NCBI GenBank assembly: GCA_951406725.2
Contig: OX597830.1
Location: forward strand, 74,710,001 to 74,774,000
Direction of reading: 5' to 3'
DNA from: Octopus vulgaris
Taxonomy: Eukaryota
Length of the DNA stretch: 64,000 nt
Part shown: piece after piece, positions 27,959 through 42,390 of the stretch
Layout of the letters: every line of letters begins with the position of its first letter
How positions within the stretch are numbered: position 1 is the first letter of the stretch
Made by a program: the position numbers and the translations under genes
The notes under the pieces: generated by a model
Databases searched by the model: none
Told to the model about the DNA's origin: nothing
What the model saw: the letters and a program-made list of their open reading frames with translations, nothing else

Positions 27959-28039
27959 AGGTTTGGAGATGATGTACAGTTATTATATATTAGAAGAAAT
28001 GAGGTAATCAGAAATATGTATATTTCTTCTAATATATAT

Positions 28040-28104
28040 ATATATACTTATATGGAAGTATTCATGCGCGCATACATACTAACATACATGCACATATATA
28101 TATA

Positions 28105-28146
<42 letters not shown>

Positions 28147-28207
28147 TATATATATATATATATATATTATATTTATATATATATATATTATATATATATA
28201 TATTATA

Positions 28208-28289
<82 letters not shown>

Positions 28290-28332
28290 TTATATGAAAC
28301 TATTCATGCGCGCATACATACTCACATACATG

Positions 28333-28345
<13 letters not shown>
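28040..28345. repeat. Local direct duplication of ~55 bp flanking a (TA)n tract
   Basis: atacttatatggaagtattcatgcgcgcatacatactaacatacatgcac (about 28044) versus atacttatatgaaactattcatgcgcgcatacatactcacatacatgcac (about 28286). Confidence 0.9.
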
Positions 28346-28386
<41 letters not shown>

Positions 28387-28678
28387 TGTGTGTGTGTGTG
28401 TGTGTGTGTATATGTACATACATATATATAAAAATTCTCTTCTACTGTCAAAACATTGCAACGTGGTTATGTTTGGATGACAATTAATGCGAATAATGAA
28501 AGAACGTCCAGTACTTGTTGCCGAATGCCGTATAATTTATAAGAGTTCACCCTGCTTACCGTTTTTGATTCAAAAACGTTTCGAATGGACAAACTAGTTA
28601 CTCACATAAACCATATGCTTTCCTATAAAACACACACATTGACAGACGGTACGAATATTGATATAATTATACGTATAC

Positions 28679-28727
<49 letters not shown>

Positions 28728-28920
28728 TATATATATATACATACATACATACAGATATATATGTATATATGCATATATATATAGATATATATATATGTGA
28801 TTATACGCTATATATATATATGTATTTATGTATATGTACGTTTATACGTTGATATATATTTGTAGATATATGCATATTTAATATTTTAAATGTGCATGAG
28901 CATAATGCTGGCATGTGTGT

Positions 28921-28964
<44 letters not shown>

Positions 28965-29076
28965 TCTGTTTTTCACTACATACAGTAACATTCAACCAGA
29001 CGTTATCATGTGCGTATACACACTGTCACAAATGCACACACATGGATACACAAACGCACACACACGCTCACACACA

Positions 29077-29139
<63 letters not shown>

Positions 29140-29289
29140 AAATACACTAAATTGGAGCACACAAGCTCCAATTTCGTCAAGGTAAATTCAGCGTATATTT
29201 TAACACGCGAAACTGAAGAAAATGCATTCCCAGTGCCCGTGACAAATTATCTAACTCGTAATACTTTCAGATGTGGAATCAACACTATA

Positions 29290-29454
29290 GGCGCAGGAGT
29301 GGCTGTGTGGTAAGTAGCTTGTTTACCAACCACATGGTTCCAGGTTCAGTCCCATTGCGTGGCATCTTCGGCAAGTGTCTTCTACTATAGCCTCGGGCCG
29401 ACCAAAGCATTGTGAGTGGATTTGGTAGACGGAAACTGAAAGAAGCCCGTCGTA

Positions 29455-29522
<68 letters not shown>

Positions 29523-29751
29523 CGTGTGTGTGTTTGTGTGTCTGTGTTTGTCCCCATAGCATTGCTTGACAACCGATGCTGGTGTGTTTATGTCCCCGTT
29601 ACTTAGCGGTTCGGCAAAAGGGACCGATAGAATAAGTACTGGGCTTACAAAAGAATAAGTCCCGGGGGTCGAGTTGCTTGATTAAAAGTGGTGCTCCAGC
29701 ATGGCCGCAGTCAAATGACTGAAACAAGTAAAAGAGTAAAAGAGTAAAGAG
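29290..29751 (+). mobile_element. SINE family A, full length with expanded internal (TA)n
   Basis: Complete head, core, ~65-bp (TA)n linker, 3' half and (AAAAGAGT)n tail. Confidence 0.95.
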
Positions 29752-30193
29752 TATATACAGGTGCACATGAACTGAAGTTCCTAAACGCGTACACGTATAC
29801 GTTTGTGTGTGTCCGGGTGTGATTCATTGAGTTTCAATCAGACTGCAAAAATTCATTCAAGAAAATAATAAATTGTTAAGTTTGTCGCAAACGTAATTAT
29901 CTGAAAATAAAATAATAATTTATATATACTTCTCTGATTACTGTCCTCTGTGTGTGTGTGTGTGCGTGCGCTCGCTTGTTAATATGTATTTGTGTGAGAT
30001 TACGTGTGTATATTTGTGTGTGTCTCTAAGTGTGAGTGTGTTTGTAAACGTGTGGACGAGTTGCGTGTGAGCATCTGTGCGTGTATGTATGTATGTATGT
30101 ATTTATGTATGTATATATTGCTATGTATTCAACGTATATATATATATATATATATATATAAAAACTTATATGTATTCATTTCTTTCAATATAT

Positions 30194-30290
<97 letters not shown>

Positions 30291-30842
30291 TATACCCATA
30301 TACACACACCCATACACAAATTTATATGATATAATTACACTCACGTAGATATTTTGACAAAAAAAACATAAGTGAAACAAAACAGTTTCGTTTCTCGGTG
30401 AAGGGCAAATTCTAAATTGCTGTAACGTTTCGGAGACATTCTTTCTTCACTTTGTTGTAGATACGATAAACGCCACGAGTTAGGGACGAAAAACTTAAAA
30501 CAGAATATGATGGGTGCGTTGGACAGTCTGTCACAGTAGGTCTGTCCGTTTCAAATAAGTGTATATAAGTACTTATGTAAATCCATACATCTCTCATCCG
30601 TCCATCTTTCGATACAAAAATACATATGCACAAAACCAGCAAACTCCCCACTCACAGACACACGCACGTACTCGCACACTAATATATATACATGCTTGTT
30701 TTTTGTATTTATATTTGAAAAATTAGTTTCAGTTGTGACGATGATCATGAAATACTTCAGATGGTAAGGAACAGCGCATTATACATCACTTCTGTGCCCG
30801 ACTAAAATCCTTCAAGTCCAATGACGTGAAGCATGCAAGAAT

Positions 30843-30884
30843 AAAGGGCATCTATATATATGTGTGTATATATAGATGCCCTTT
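30843..30884. repeat. Perfect 18-bp inverted repeat with 6-nt loop
   Basis: AAAGGGCATCTATATATA-tgtgtg-TATATATAGATGCCCTTT. Confidence 0.9.
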
Positions 30885-30905
30885 TATGTATATATATGTA
30901 TGTTA

Positions 30906-31027
30906 GACCGATAGAATATGTACTAGGCTTACAAAAAATAAAACCTGGGGTCGATTTGCTCGACTAAAGGTGGTGCTCCAGCATGGCAACAGTCAAATGA
31001 CTGAAACAAGTAAAAGAGTAAAATAGT
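30906..31027 (+). mobile_element. SINE family A 3' fragment
   Basis: gaccgatagaatatgtactaggcttac...ggtgctccagcatggcaacagtcaaatgactgaaacaagtaaaagag. Confidence 0.9.
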
Positions 31028-31071
31028 ATATGTATATATATGTATATATGTATATATGCATACATACATGC

Positions 31072-31102
<31 letters not shown>

Positions 31103-31395
31103 TCTATATCTATATATACATAAATATATATACATAGCATATATACGTGTATGCATGTATATATATATATATATATATATGATATATATATGTGTGTGTA
31201 TATGTATGTATACATATGTATGTGTGTGTATGTATGTATATATGTATGCATATATGTATGCGTGTATGTATATATAAGTGTGTATGTGTGTGTGTGTGTG
31301 GATAGCTGTATATGTGCAGGTGCAGACGAACACATATATATTTATTTAGAACGGACAATGCCAAGACAGATACAGCAAAAGATAGATAGATATGT

Positions 31396-31454
<59 letters not shown>

Positions 31455-31467
31455 TGTAGATAGATGG

Positions 31468-31500
<33 letters not shown>

Positions 31501-31502
31501 TT

Positions 31503-31574
<72 letters not shown>

Positions 31575-31933
31575 TAACACTAATAGTGGGAAAGAGAACG
31601 AGAAAGAGAGAGATAGAAAAGAAGTCTGCGGAACAATCTTTCATCAATAGAATCTATAAAGAGAAAGTGAGAAAAAAAAATCGATGATGTAACAACATAG
31701 GATGACCCTGTAAATATTGCTTAATTGCTTGTAATTTATGATGAGAGAATCTGTGTCCATAATTTATATGTATATGTGCATAAGGTATGTGTGTATGTAT
31801 ATACATACAAACACACACGTATATATATATACTCTCATATATATGTTTATGTAAAGTTATATTTATTTATGTATGTTTACACATATTCATACACACATAC
31901 CCAGCCACATACACGTATACATACGTATATATG

Positions 31934-32017
<84 letters not shown>

Positions 32018-32141
32018 AAGAGAAATAAAAGCCTCTGCAATTAGAGTTACCTTACTCTGTAGATAAGTTTATATACATGCAAACAAGCATGCGTGTGTGT
32101 CTGTGTCGAAACACTTCAAAGAATTTAATGTATACACACAG

Positions 32142-32213
<72 letters not shown>

Positions 32214-32410
32214 ATATATATGCATATATGCGCACACATACACGCATACATAAATGCATACATATATGCATACATAAATGCATGCATACATACATATATA
32301 CATATATGCGTGCGTATCACCCTACCAGAAACAAATGTATGTATGTTCTTAGTATATATATATATATATATGCAGACATATATATATATACATACACACA
32401 CATATATATG

Positions 32411-32457
<47 letters not shown>

Positions 32458-32618
32458 GCACACACACACATATATATTTATAGATAGATAGGTAGATAGA
32501 TATTCATATACGTATGTAAATATATACATATATACACACACACACATACATAGATACATACATCCATACACACATGGATACATGTATGCATGCATAAATA
32601 CATACATAGAAACATACA

Positions 32619-32665
<47 letters not shown>

Positions 32666-33262
32666 GTATGTCTCACCCTAACACAAACATATATATATAT
32701 CTACATCTACTTTCTTAGCATTCGTTCCACATATCTATCAGCATTACAGCTTAGAATATTCGCATCATATTGTCACCATCTCCTCACATATATACGCGGG
32801 GGGATATAGCCATCCGGGATGTGTTGATATTTCGATGCATTCTTTTCCTTATGTGTATGTGTGCGTAAATATGAGCGTTGTGAAGATATATGCATGTTTA
32901 CAGGTGAGAAATATTTGCGTTTATTTACGCAACACGCGCCAGTAAATACCTGTATTTATGACAGTAAACACATCTTAATGTGTGAGAGAAGGGATCACTC
33001 TGTTTGATAAATCGGTTGAACCTCGACTTATGAATTACGGTTATGATTGTGCAGCCTGAGGGTTTATACATATATACAAAATATATGGCTTCCAGAAGAA
33101 GTGGTCTTCATTCTAAAAGATTGGAATACAAGCAGTACATGGTAAAAATACAACCAGGTTTTGCAATAATTTTTACAACTGGCGTTGTTTTCACTCCATT
33201 AGAAATAATTGAAGATGCGTATACATACATGACTGCTCTCACACACGCGCGCGCGCGAATTC

Positions 33263-33293
<31 letters not shown>

Positions 33294-33434
33294 TATATAT
33301 GTATATGTATATATGTGTATATATATATATATGTATCTATATAGAGATAGATAGAGAGATAGATTGATAGATATATAGATGTTTATATGTGTGTATATGT
33401 GTTTGTATATGCGTGCATATATATACATACATAC

Positions 33435-33520
<86 letters not shown>

Positions 33521-33553
33521 CATATATATGTATATATATACATGCATATATAC

Positions 33554-33623
<70 letters not shown>

Positions 33624-33874
33624 TTATATATATGTACTTATATACAGCGCTTTATCTCCTTCTCATATAAGACCCTGACATCTGTCTGACGTTGATATCT
33701 TGGAAACACATAAGCAATCATCGATTTCAGTAATATCGAATCAACATGTTTGACGAAACGAATATCGAAATTAAAAAGGAAAGAAACAGGGAAAAAATAT
33801 CTATATGCGATCGCATTGTTAATAATGATGATGATGATGATAATGATGATGTTTATGATGATGGTCATGGTGAT

Positions 33875-33942
<68 letters not shown>

Positions 33943-33979
33943 TCATGATAATGATGATGAAGAAGTTGATGATGATGAT

Positions 33980-34130
33980 GGTTTTGGTACAAGGCTTGCA
34001 AGTTTTATGCGGGTGTTGTTATTGGATACCATCGACCAGAGCACTTGGGTTTTTTTTTCTTATTTCATTCACCCAGAAAGACATCAAAGATTGAATTGAC
34101 TTCTACAGATTTTGAACCCAGAACAAAATG
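33980..34130 (-). mobile_element. SINE family B, very degenerate
   Basis: ggtacaaggcttgcaagtttt...atcgaccagagcact...acccagaaaga...ttttgaacccagaac. Confidence 0.5.
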
Positions 34131-34214
34131 AATGCCAGAATCATTCTGGAAATAACCAACTATGATGAGGATGAGGACGATGAAGATGAAGTTGATGATG
34201 ATGATGATGATGAC

Positions 34215-34285
<71 letters not shown>

Positions 34286-34509
34286 CGGTGTTCATGATTT
34301 GATGAAAGTTATATAATTTTAATTATAATACCAGAAATTTTTATTTTAGTTTCGTTATGCTTCTTTTCGTCACTGGTGTAACTTCCCTGGCACTGCCATA
34401 TATCTTTTACAGCTGAGTGGACTGGGGCAATGTGTCATCAAGTGTTCGGAAGTTGATCCCAAGATTTTATGATCGGGAGTGCACCACTTTAAAGTCTAGG
34501 TGACATAAT

Positions 34510-34545
<36 letters not shown>

Positions 34546-34546
<1 letters not shown>

Positions 34547-34709
34547 TCCTTTCTACTATAGGTAAAAGGGCTCAAATTTGTGGAGAGGGTGTAAGTTGAT
34601 TACACCGACCCCAGTGCATAAAGTCGAACTCGGTGGAAATTGAACTCAGAACACGAAGACGGACGAAATATCTCTAATCGTGCTAACGATTCTGCCAGCT
34701 CACCGCCTT
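34546..34709 (-). mobile_element. SINE family B (tail type 2) with internal deletions
   Basis: atcctttctactatagg...gattacaccgaccccagtg...ttgaactcagaac...gctaacgattctgccagctcaccgcctt. Confidence 0.88.
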
Positions 34710-35096
34710 GCAGTACCAGGCAGTGGCCCTCATGGCTTCTGATCTTAACTGATTGGAAGTGTTATCATGTACATTGTTTTGTCTTGGTATAAAAGATGAG
34801 CTACAGTAAATATTCTGCTCAATACCACAGATTTGCTTGTCAGTTGTTTGACCTTAACCAGTTGAGCTTGTCCCTTCGTGGCTGACGATATGTGCATCTC
34901 TGATCACGAGCAGAAGAAGTGGGGGATCACCATAGCCATGTGTTGAGAGAGATTCTTTGCGGTTTGAATAATTCACTTCTGGAAACATGAGTGTTTCGTT
35001 GATCATCCTTAAACAAAACTTATTCAGGGATCTTTTGAGCGGGGCCCCACCTAACTGGACCCCACCTGCAAGGCTAGCGCTGCTCTCTCACACAAT
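34709..35096 (+). mobile_element. Non-coding interspersed element (family F) ending CTGCTCTCTCACACAAT
   Basis: Balanced-composition block with no ORF. Its 3' end recurs at 23137-23160 (+) and 59698-59717 (-), both directly abutting (AAT)n. Confidence 0.55.
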
Positions 35097-35127
35097 ATAA
35101 CAAAATTATTGATGAGGATGATGATGA

Positions 35128-35760
35128 TTTCAAATTTTGACACTTGGACAGATAGAACGGTACTGGGCGGTTAAAACGACATCAGTACTCTATTAGCTCT
35201 CATGTTATTGCCCCCGGAAGACTGAGTGGAAAAGTCGACCTCGGCGGAATTTGAACTTAGAACGTAAAGACAGAGGAAATACCGCTATGCATCTTGCTCG
35301 GCATGCTAACGATTCTGCCATGGTTTCCAAGTTAGGCACTGCGTTAGAAATTTTAAGAGGCGGGATTTTTGATATCATCTGTAAATGTTACTTCAGTTTA
35401 TAGACTCCGGAAGTATTAAAGGCGAAGTTGTTCTCAGGGAGACTTGGGCTCAAACATAGTGTTACGAAACAAATAATAGCATAAAGCGATTTCTCCAACT
35501 CTCTAAATGATTCAGATAATCATTCCCTCAACCATAAAAGATTTTTGATTTTGATACAAGCCCAATATTTTTGGTAGTAGGTATATCCTCGATACCTAGC
35601 GTCTGGTATTTGACTGAAAATTATTTCATCAACCCCGGAGGGATTCAAGGTTATGTAAACTCGAGTTATGAACACAACATATTAAATACAAAGTTGAAAT
35701 TTCACATGCCATTTTGCCCGAAGTTCTAAACCGTATGTAGTGATGATGATGATGATGACG

Positions 35761-35809
<49 letters not shown>

Positions 35810-36090
35810 TGATGATGATGATGATAATGATAATAATGATGATAATAATGATGATGATGATAATAATAATGACTATGATGATAATAATACTAATAACTGT
35901 TTCAAATTGGAGCAGAGGGCCAGCATATTTTGAGGGGAAGGGGACGTCGATTCATCATCGTCCTCAGTACTTGACTGGTACTTAAATTAATCACACTGGA
36001 ATGATATTAGATCAAGTTGAGCGCGTGGGATTTGAGCTCAGATCTTAAAAAGCCGGAAGAAATACCGCTGCAATGAGACTAGAAGCCAAT
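35128..36090 (-). mobile_element. Cluster of about four co-oriented SINE family B copies of different divergence
   Basis: Copies at about 35128-35320 (aaagtcgacctcggcggaatttgaacttagaacg), 35323-35520, 35545-35730 and 35898-36090. Confidence 0.7.
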
Positions 36091-36094
36091 CATA

Positions 36095-36142
<48 letters not shown>

Positions 36143-36264
36143 GTAAGAATAAGAAGAAAAACAACAAGTAGAATATGCAATTATATATATGCATATATTT
36201 ATATATCCACACACATAGCCATATATATATATGTTTATATATATATGCATACTTAGACATGTGC

Positions 36265-36330
<66 letters not shown>

Positions 36331-36727
36331 GTGTGATTGTATGTGTGTATAAATGTATGTGTACTGTATGGACGAACACGTACACACGGCGTCGTGACTT
36401 AATTTAGCTTAAATTTCAACAGCGTTGACTGTACAATTTAGCAGCATTGGATTATTATGATATTGTATTGATTTTGATACTGTTTTTCCCAATCTATTGT
36501 ATTCCCATTCATAGAAAGAGAAAAGTACAGTATTAAAATAATTGAATAAAGCTTAGATCAAAATATGTATTCCTCCATTTGTATGCTTCATATGTCTATT
36601 TGCGTTTGTATGCATTTATGTATATCAGCGGGTAGGCCATAGTATTATATATGTGTATATATATATATATGTGTGTATGTATATACCTACATATACACAC
36701 ACACACATATATATATCTATATATATA

Positions 36728-36758
<31 letters not shown>

Positions 36759-36898
36759 ATGTGGACATAAATATAGACGTATATAGGCATCTATTCATGT
36801 ATGCTTGTATGCGTGAATGTATGAATATGTGTATACTCATACACGTATATATACATATATATATATGTATATATACACATACATAGATACATAAATAC

Positions 36899-36972
<74 letters not shown>

Positions 36973-37099
36973 ATGTGTATATATACATATATATATTTAT
37001 GTATCTATGCATGTTGATATATATATATATATATATACATACATGCACATATATATATATACATATTTATAGATTTATACACACACACACACACACACA

Positions 37100-37188
<89 letters not shown>

Positions 37189-37189
37189 A

Positions 37190-37355
37190 GATCACTCGCC
37201 GCTACTCATTCTTTATTTTCTCTCCTTGTTTCTTTCTGTGTTCTTTTCCGTGGAAGAGCGTAGTCTTGAAACGTTAAAGACTTTTTCCCTTCCCGTGCAT
37301 TATACTAATACATCTGTTTGTTGTCTACACCACTTCTCTTCGTCTTTTGTTTATA
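37190..37355 (+). mobile_element. Penelope-like terminal repeat fragment with degenerate hammerhead
   Basis: cttttCCGTGGAagagcgtagtcttGAAACGTtaaaga. Homologous in reverse to 62150-62335. Confidence 0.7.
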
Positions 37356-38489
37356 TGAGTAACCTTCGACAACAGCTCTTCACTAGAGAAAATCCATATC
37401 CGTAAACAAATCTGCATAACTGATTTGTTTTACAGTGATCAACCGCATCTACTTTACATTAGCTCTCTCGCTCTATGAAATCGCCGTTGACTGAACAAGG
37501 GCACGGTGCACCACAATTCGGTTGTCGAAGTGATGGCGGAGAAACGTGCGATGAATTGTTTTTTCGAATGAACACAGCGCACAACCCTGTCCAGAATTGG
37601 AAACCAACATATCGCAGTCCTCAATGCAAACACCTAATTATTAGGCTATGCACTCTCGAAGGAGGAATATCTACAAGACTTCAGATAATACTGCGTTGGT
37701 TTGTTCCGTGTGTGTTTGTGTGTGTATGTGTGTGTGTGTGCCTCTGCGTCTGAGTGTGTTTGTTTGTGTGTGTGTGTGCGTGCGCGCGTGTATAAATGTA
37801 TATATATATATATACATATATGTATATTTGTATATACATTTATATATGCATATGCATGTCTATATATATACATTTTTATATATATATTTGTGTATATATA
37901 TATATATGTAAATATATATATATATATTTATGTACATATATAAATATATATGTATGTATGTATATATATACATTTATATATATATATATATATGTGGATA
38001 AGCACATACATGCATACATATATATATGGCATCATATACCCCTATATATTGGTATGTGAGTACCTAGATATACACACTCACACACACACAAACGTATATT
38101 TTTTGCATATAAGTGTGTGTTTATATGCGTGTACGCGCATGTATGTATGTACGTACGTACGTATGTATGTATGTATGTATGTATGTATGTATGTATGTAT
38201 GTATGTATGTATGTATGTATGTATGTATGTATGAATGTATGTTCACAGCATTTAACATATGTACCACATCTGCTGTTGATGTTTCTATCTGATATTTTGC
38301 TGCAAAATACTCGAGAAAATTCTCAGAAGGATAAATATTTTCGCAAGTTAGACGAGTTGTGAAAGTAAAGAATATATGTAAATTTCTAGAGATACACTCA
38401 GTTACATACAGACGAGCACTTACATACACAAGCCTATGCACACAGGCGGGGGTGGGGGACAAATACAGACAAGCACATGAATACAAAAA

Positions 38490-38567
<78 letters not shown>

Positions 38568-38590
38568 AATATATATATATATATATATTA

Positions 38591-38731
38591 TTTCAGTTTC
38601 CGTCTACCAAATTCCTTCACAAGATCGGCCCGAGCCTATAGTAGAAAATACTTGACCAAGGTGCCACGCAGTGGGACTGAGCCCAGAACCATGTGGCTGG
38701 GAAGCAAGCTTCTTCTCACACAGCTACGCCT
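38591..38731 (-). mobile_element. SINE family A 5' half
   Basis: tttcagtttccgtctaccaaatt...gccacgcagtgggactgagcccagaaccatgtgg...cacagctacgcct. Confidence 0.88.
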
Positions 38732-38742
38732 CTGTGTGTGTA

Positions 38743-38794
<52 letters not shown>

Positions 38795-38806
38795 TATATG
38801 TGTTTA

Positions 38807-38848
<42 letters not shown>

Positions 38849-39256
38849 CATGTATGTATGAATGCATGGGTGTATGCACAGACATTGTATATTTCACTAG
38901 TCGCATATTATAATGTTCATACATTCCTAGATTTACAATCCTTCTAAAAATAGTCCTGCACTATCATTGTGTAAAGAAAAAAATCGTACACTACGAAAAA
39001 AAACATTAAAAGTTCCAGTAAGGCGAACCCATTCCATCCACAGCTTTTAACCCTTCCTGATTTCGAAGGAAAATATATAGTCTCTATGAACACCTGAGAG
39101 TAAAAATTATCCATCCAACGCCAAATATTCTTTGCATATTAAGCTTTCACCCAAATCGAAACCATTCCGCATAAGTACATATGTACACGTATTTGGAACT
39201 GCATAACATTGCGTACACATATTTTATCTCTTTTATGTGTTATGCGTGCTTGAAGC

Positions 39257-39287
<31 letters not shown>

Positions 39288-39288
39288 T

Positions 39289-39337
<49 letters not shown>

Positions 39338-39446
39338 CAGACAGATACATACGTACATACATACATAAACAGACACGCACTCAGATTTATTTATATATAT
39401 GTATATGTGTGTTTGTGTGTATTTATGTATGTATTTATGTTCTATG

Positions 39447-39590
39447 TGACGGGCATCCTCTAAATTTCCTCAACCAAATTCACTCACAAGGCATTCGGTG
39501 ATAGTGAGGCCGGGGTTAGAGTAAAGTTCATTTTCCCCTGCAGTAGGACTGAACCCGACACGTCATGGTTACAAAACAAGCTTCCTCATC
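39447..39590 (-). mobile_element. SINE family A 5' half, degenerate
   Basis: gacgggcatcct...accaaattcactcacaaggcatt...gcagtaggactgaacccga. Confidence 0.65.
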
Positions 39591-40879
39591 GCTTTATTCC
39601 TGCTCTACTACACAACAATGCCTGCGACTCCAAACCATTGTCTCCCCCTTTATCTAACTATACCTCATATTGTATCTGACGTTAACATTAGAACATCAGT
39701 GAGAATACGAAGCGAACGACCTATTTACTTATCATTATGAAATTTCACTGAAATTCCTTTTACCGAAGTGAATGTGAGCACTTGACCTTACTATTTCAAG
39801 CTTTATAAATTACTGACAGCTCGCGATGTATTTCCAAAGATTACCCACCACATAAGCATAATGTATGTCTCTCTACACACTCCGCAATGAGTGAGTACAA
39901 AGTCCTCAATGAGTCCTGTTAAATGCACGATTTTACTTTTTTAGTCCTCCATTTTCCGTTCTTCTTTTCCCTGTCTACTGTCTCTGCACAAATTCACCAC
40001 ATGTTAGCATGTATATTCTTAACGATGGGATACCTAATAATCCATGTAGCACTTTTTATCCAGTCCGATAACCTGAGTTACTAGTTCTCATAATCCTAAG
40101 TAGATCTTGACCTTAAACAGAGAGTACTGCTTTGAATTTCTCACTTTTAGGTACGTATATTATATGCATATAGATACATGTACACATACACATATTATGT
40201 TTCCGTGTGTCTATATACACACATACATATATTATTTCTTTACTACCCACAAGGGGCTAAACATAGAGAGTACGTGTGTGTGTATTATAAACCCTCGACA
40301 AGTTATAGAAGAAAAACTCAGAACATGTTTCTGTCCAACAAGTTTTATCTGAATTTTATCCTTGTATATTATCAGTACGTTTATTAACTGCTTGACATAT
40401 GCAACAACATCACTCATGCACAGAAAAGGGGTAAACCGCTCTGTTGAGTTCAAATCGTGATGTATAATGGTTGGTGATATTGTTGCCTGTGACGGAAATT
40501 TATAAAGATATTCATTATAGAGAGCGATTAAATAGCTGATGAACATTATAAGACCGAAAACTTTTGGTTTGTCTCCCTTGTATACTCGATTAATCGTTAT
40601 GAGTGTTGACTGCACCTTCATTTCATCAATCATAGAATTCTGAATATCAAAATTTGATCCCAGGAGTATCTGTACAAGTGACATCTGTGCAGTATTGTAC
40701 ATCGGGCCCTTCGTAGACTACATTGAAATTTTGCTTATGCATCTGGAGCATTACATCTGTTGATACACACAAAAAAAATCACATCATTAAGTAAAAAACA
40801 AAGGCATATAAATACAACTACTCAACTGATTGGTCATTAAAATATTCCTTGAGCAATCATTAGTTATTCCATGAGTCAT

Positions 40880-40980
40880 TTACTCTACAGAATTAGGTGA
40901 GGATGGAGAGAGGAATTCTCTGCTCCAGTAAATGTCATAAATCTTGGGCGACTGTGGATGCAACTGTTGAACGCCTGCAT
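40880..40980 (-). CDS. Candidate (terminal) coding exon, (D)AGVQQLHPQSPKIYDIYWSREFLSPSSPNSVE*, product unidentified
   Basis: Strong acceptor atttgttttctattttacAG, non-repetitive higher-GC sequence and an open frame to TAA at 40882-40880. The phase matches the exon at 42008-42050. Confidence 0.4.
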
Positions 40981-41751
40981 CTGTAAAATAGAAAACAAAT
41001 GTCGTGAGATAGCACTTGCACTTGAGGTCAAGATGATCTCGGATAACTAGGAATGATTTCTTTATTGGTCTCATTTCGATGATCGCCTTTAGAAAGAAGA
41101 CTGTATCATACGTGTTTATGTAATTGTATAATATACTGTGTATATGCAAGGCGGCGAGCTGGCAGAAATGGTTTCGATCTTTAAAACAATTAACAGAATT
41201 TGTAGAATTCAAGTAGAACATTAATAAATAGGCAAAGTCCTCATGTTTAAGTCACTACAACTCTTAAGTGTTGCAGTTACCTGAATTAGCCGATGTATGC
41301 GTTTGTGTGCACACGTTGTGCATATAGACGAGAGCGTGAATAAACCAAACTCTTGTAGGGTGTGTATGTGTGTGTCACAGTAGACACCACGTATGTATCA
41401 TTAATGTTTATGTGTGTGCGTGTATATGCGTATATTTGTTTCATGTGTATACATATATAATGCTTTGCATATGTCCACCCAGGGACTATGAATAGAGAAT
41501 CCCTGAAATGTTTTACAAATTTTCAGTTCCTCTAATCGATTGTGTGTAATGGTTATAAGTATTTGTGCACGCAACTATGCACGTATGTTTGTATGTATGT
41601 ATGTATGTATGTATGTATGTATGTATGTATGTATGTATGTATGTATGTATGTATGTATGTATGTGTGTATGTATGTACGTACGGATATATGTATGTATGT
41701 ATGTATGTATATATGTATGTATGCATGCATGCAAATATCTATGTATGTATG

Positions 41752-41786
<35 letters not shown>

Positions 41787-42007
41787 ATATGTATATGTAT
41801 GTATATATGTATGTATATATGCGTATACGTTTTCATTCCTCAATCTACGTTCATAATAGACACACGTGTACGTGTATCTACTTAAGTAGGTAGTTCGTTA
41901 GATCGGTAGTTCGTAGGATTTACATGAGGAGCTAAGATGAGTAGGGCAGGAAGAAAGGAAGCTGTGGCGATGGGGGGAAGATAGACAGGCAGCGCAGGCC
42001 CGCTCAC

Positions 42008-42050
42008 CGGCAATGAAGACGGGCCGGGAAGGAAAATATTTCTTGAGAAG
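42008..42050 (-). CDS. Candidate 43-nt coding exon LLKKYFPSRPVFIA+G, product unidentified
   Basis: Acceptor acttttcAG and donor CCG|GTGAGC in a GC-rich island. The trailing G plus AT of the next exon forms GAT (Asp). Confidence 0.4.
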
Positions 42051-42324
42051 CTGAAAAGTTCTCAATCTACACTGATAACATCTCTCCTAATCTCAATGGA
42101 GTATTGTGGTGTGAGTGAAGAACCACTTTATTTTGACACAGCATTCAGATAAAGTAACAATAAGAACAATAATACCAACTACAACAACAGCAACAAGAAC
42201 AACGATAGTATACGTACATTTATATACAAGAACACCAACATACTTACAGACACACATACGTCGGCAAGTTCATAAACTGATATATATATATATTTATATA
42301 TATACACGTAAACACAAGCATGCA

Positions 42325-42390
<66 letters not shown>

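Noticed and set aside
30420-30452. Hammerhead-like string GTGAAGA-aagaatgtctcc-GAAACGTT on the minus strand
   Set aside because: Core C3 is missing, stems I and II are poor, and there is no second copy in the window.
40232-40702. 156-aa non-repetitive-looking ORF
   Set aside because: It overlaps a family B tail (40232-40268) and a degenerate family B-like segment (about 40545-40640). No domain is recognisable.
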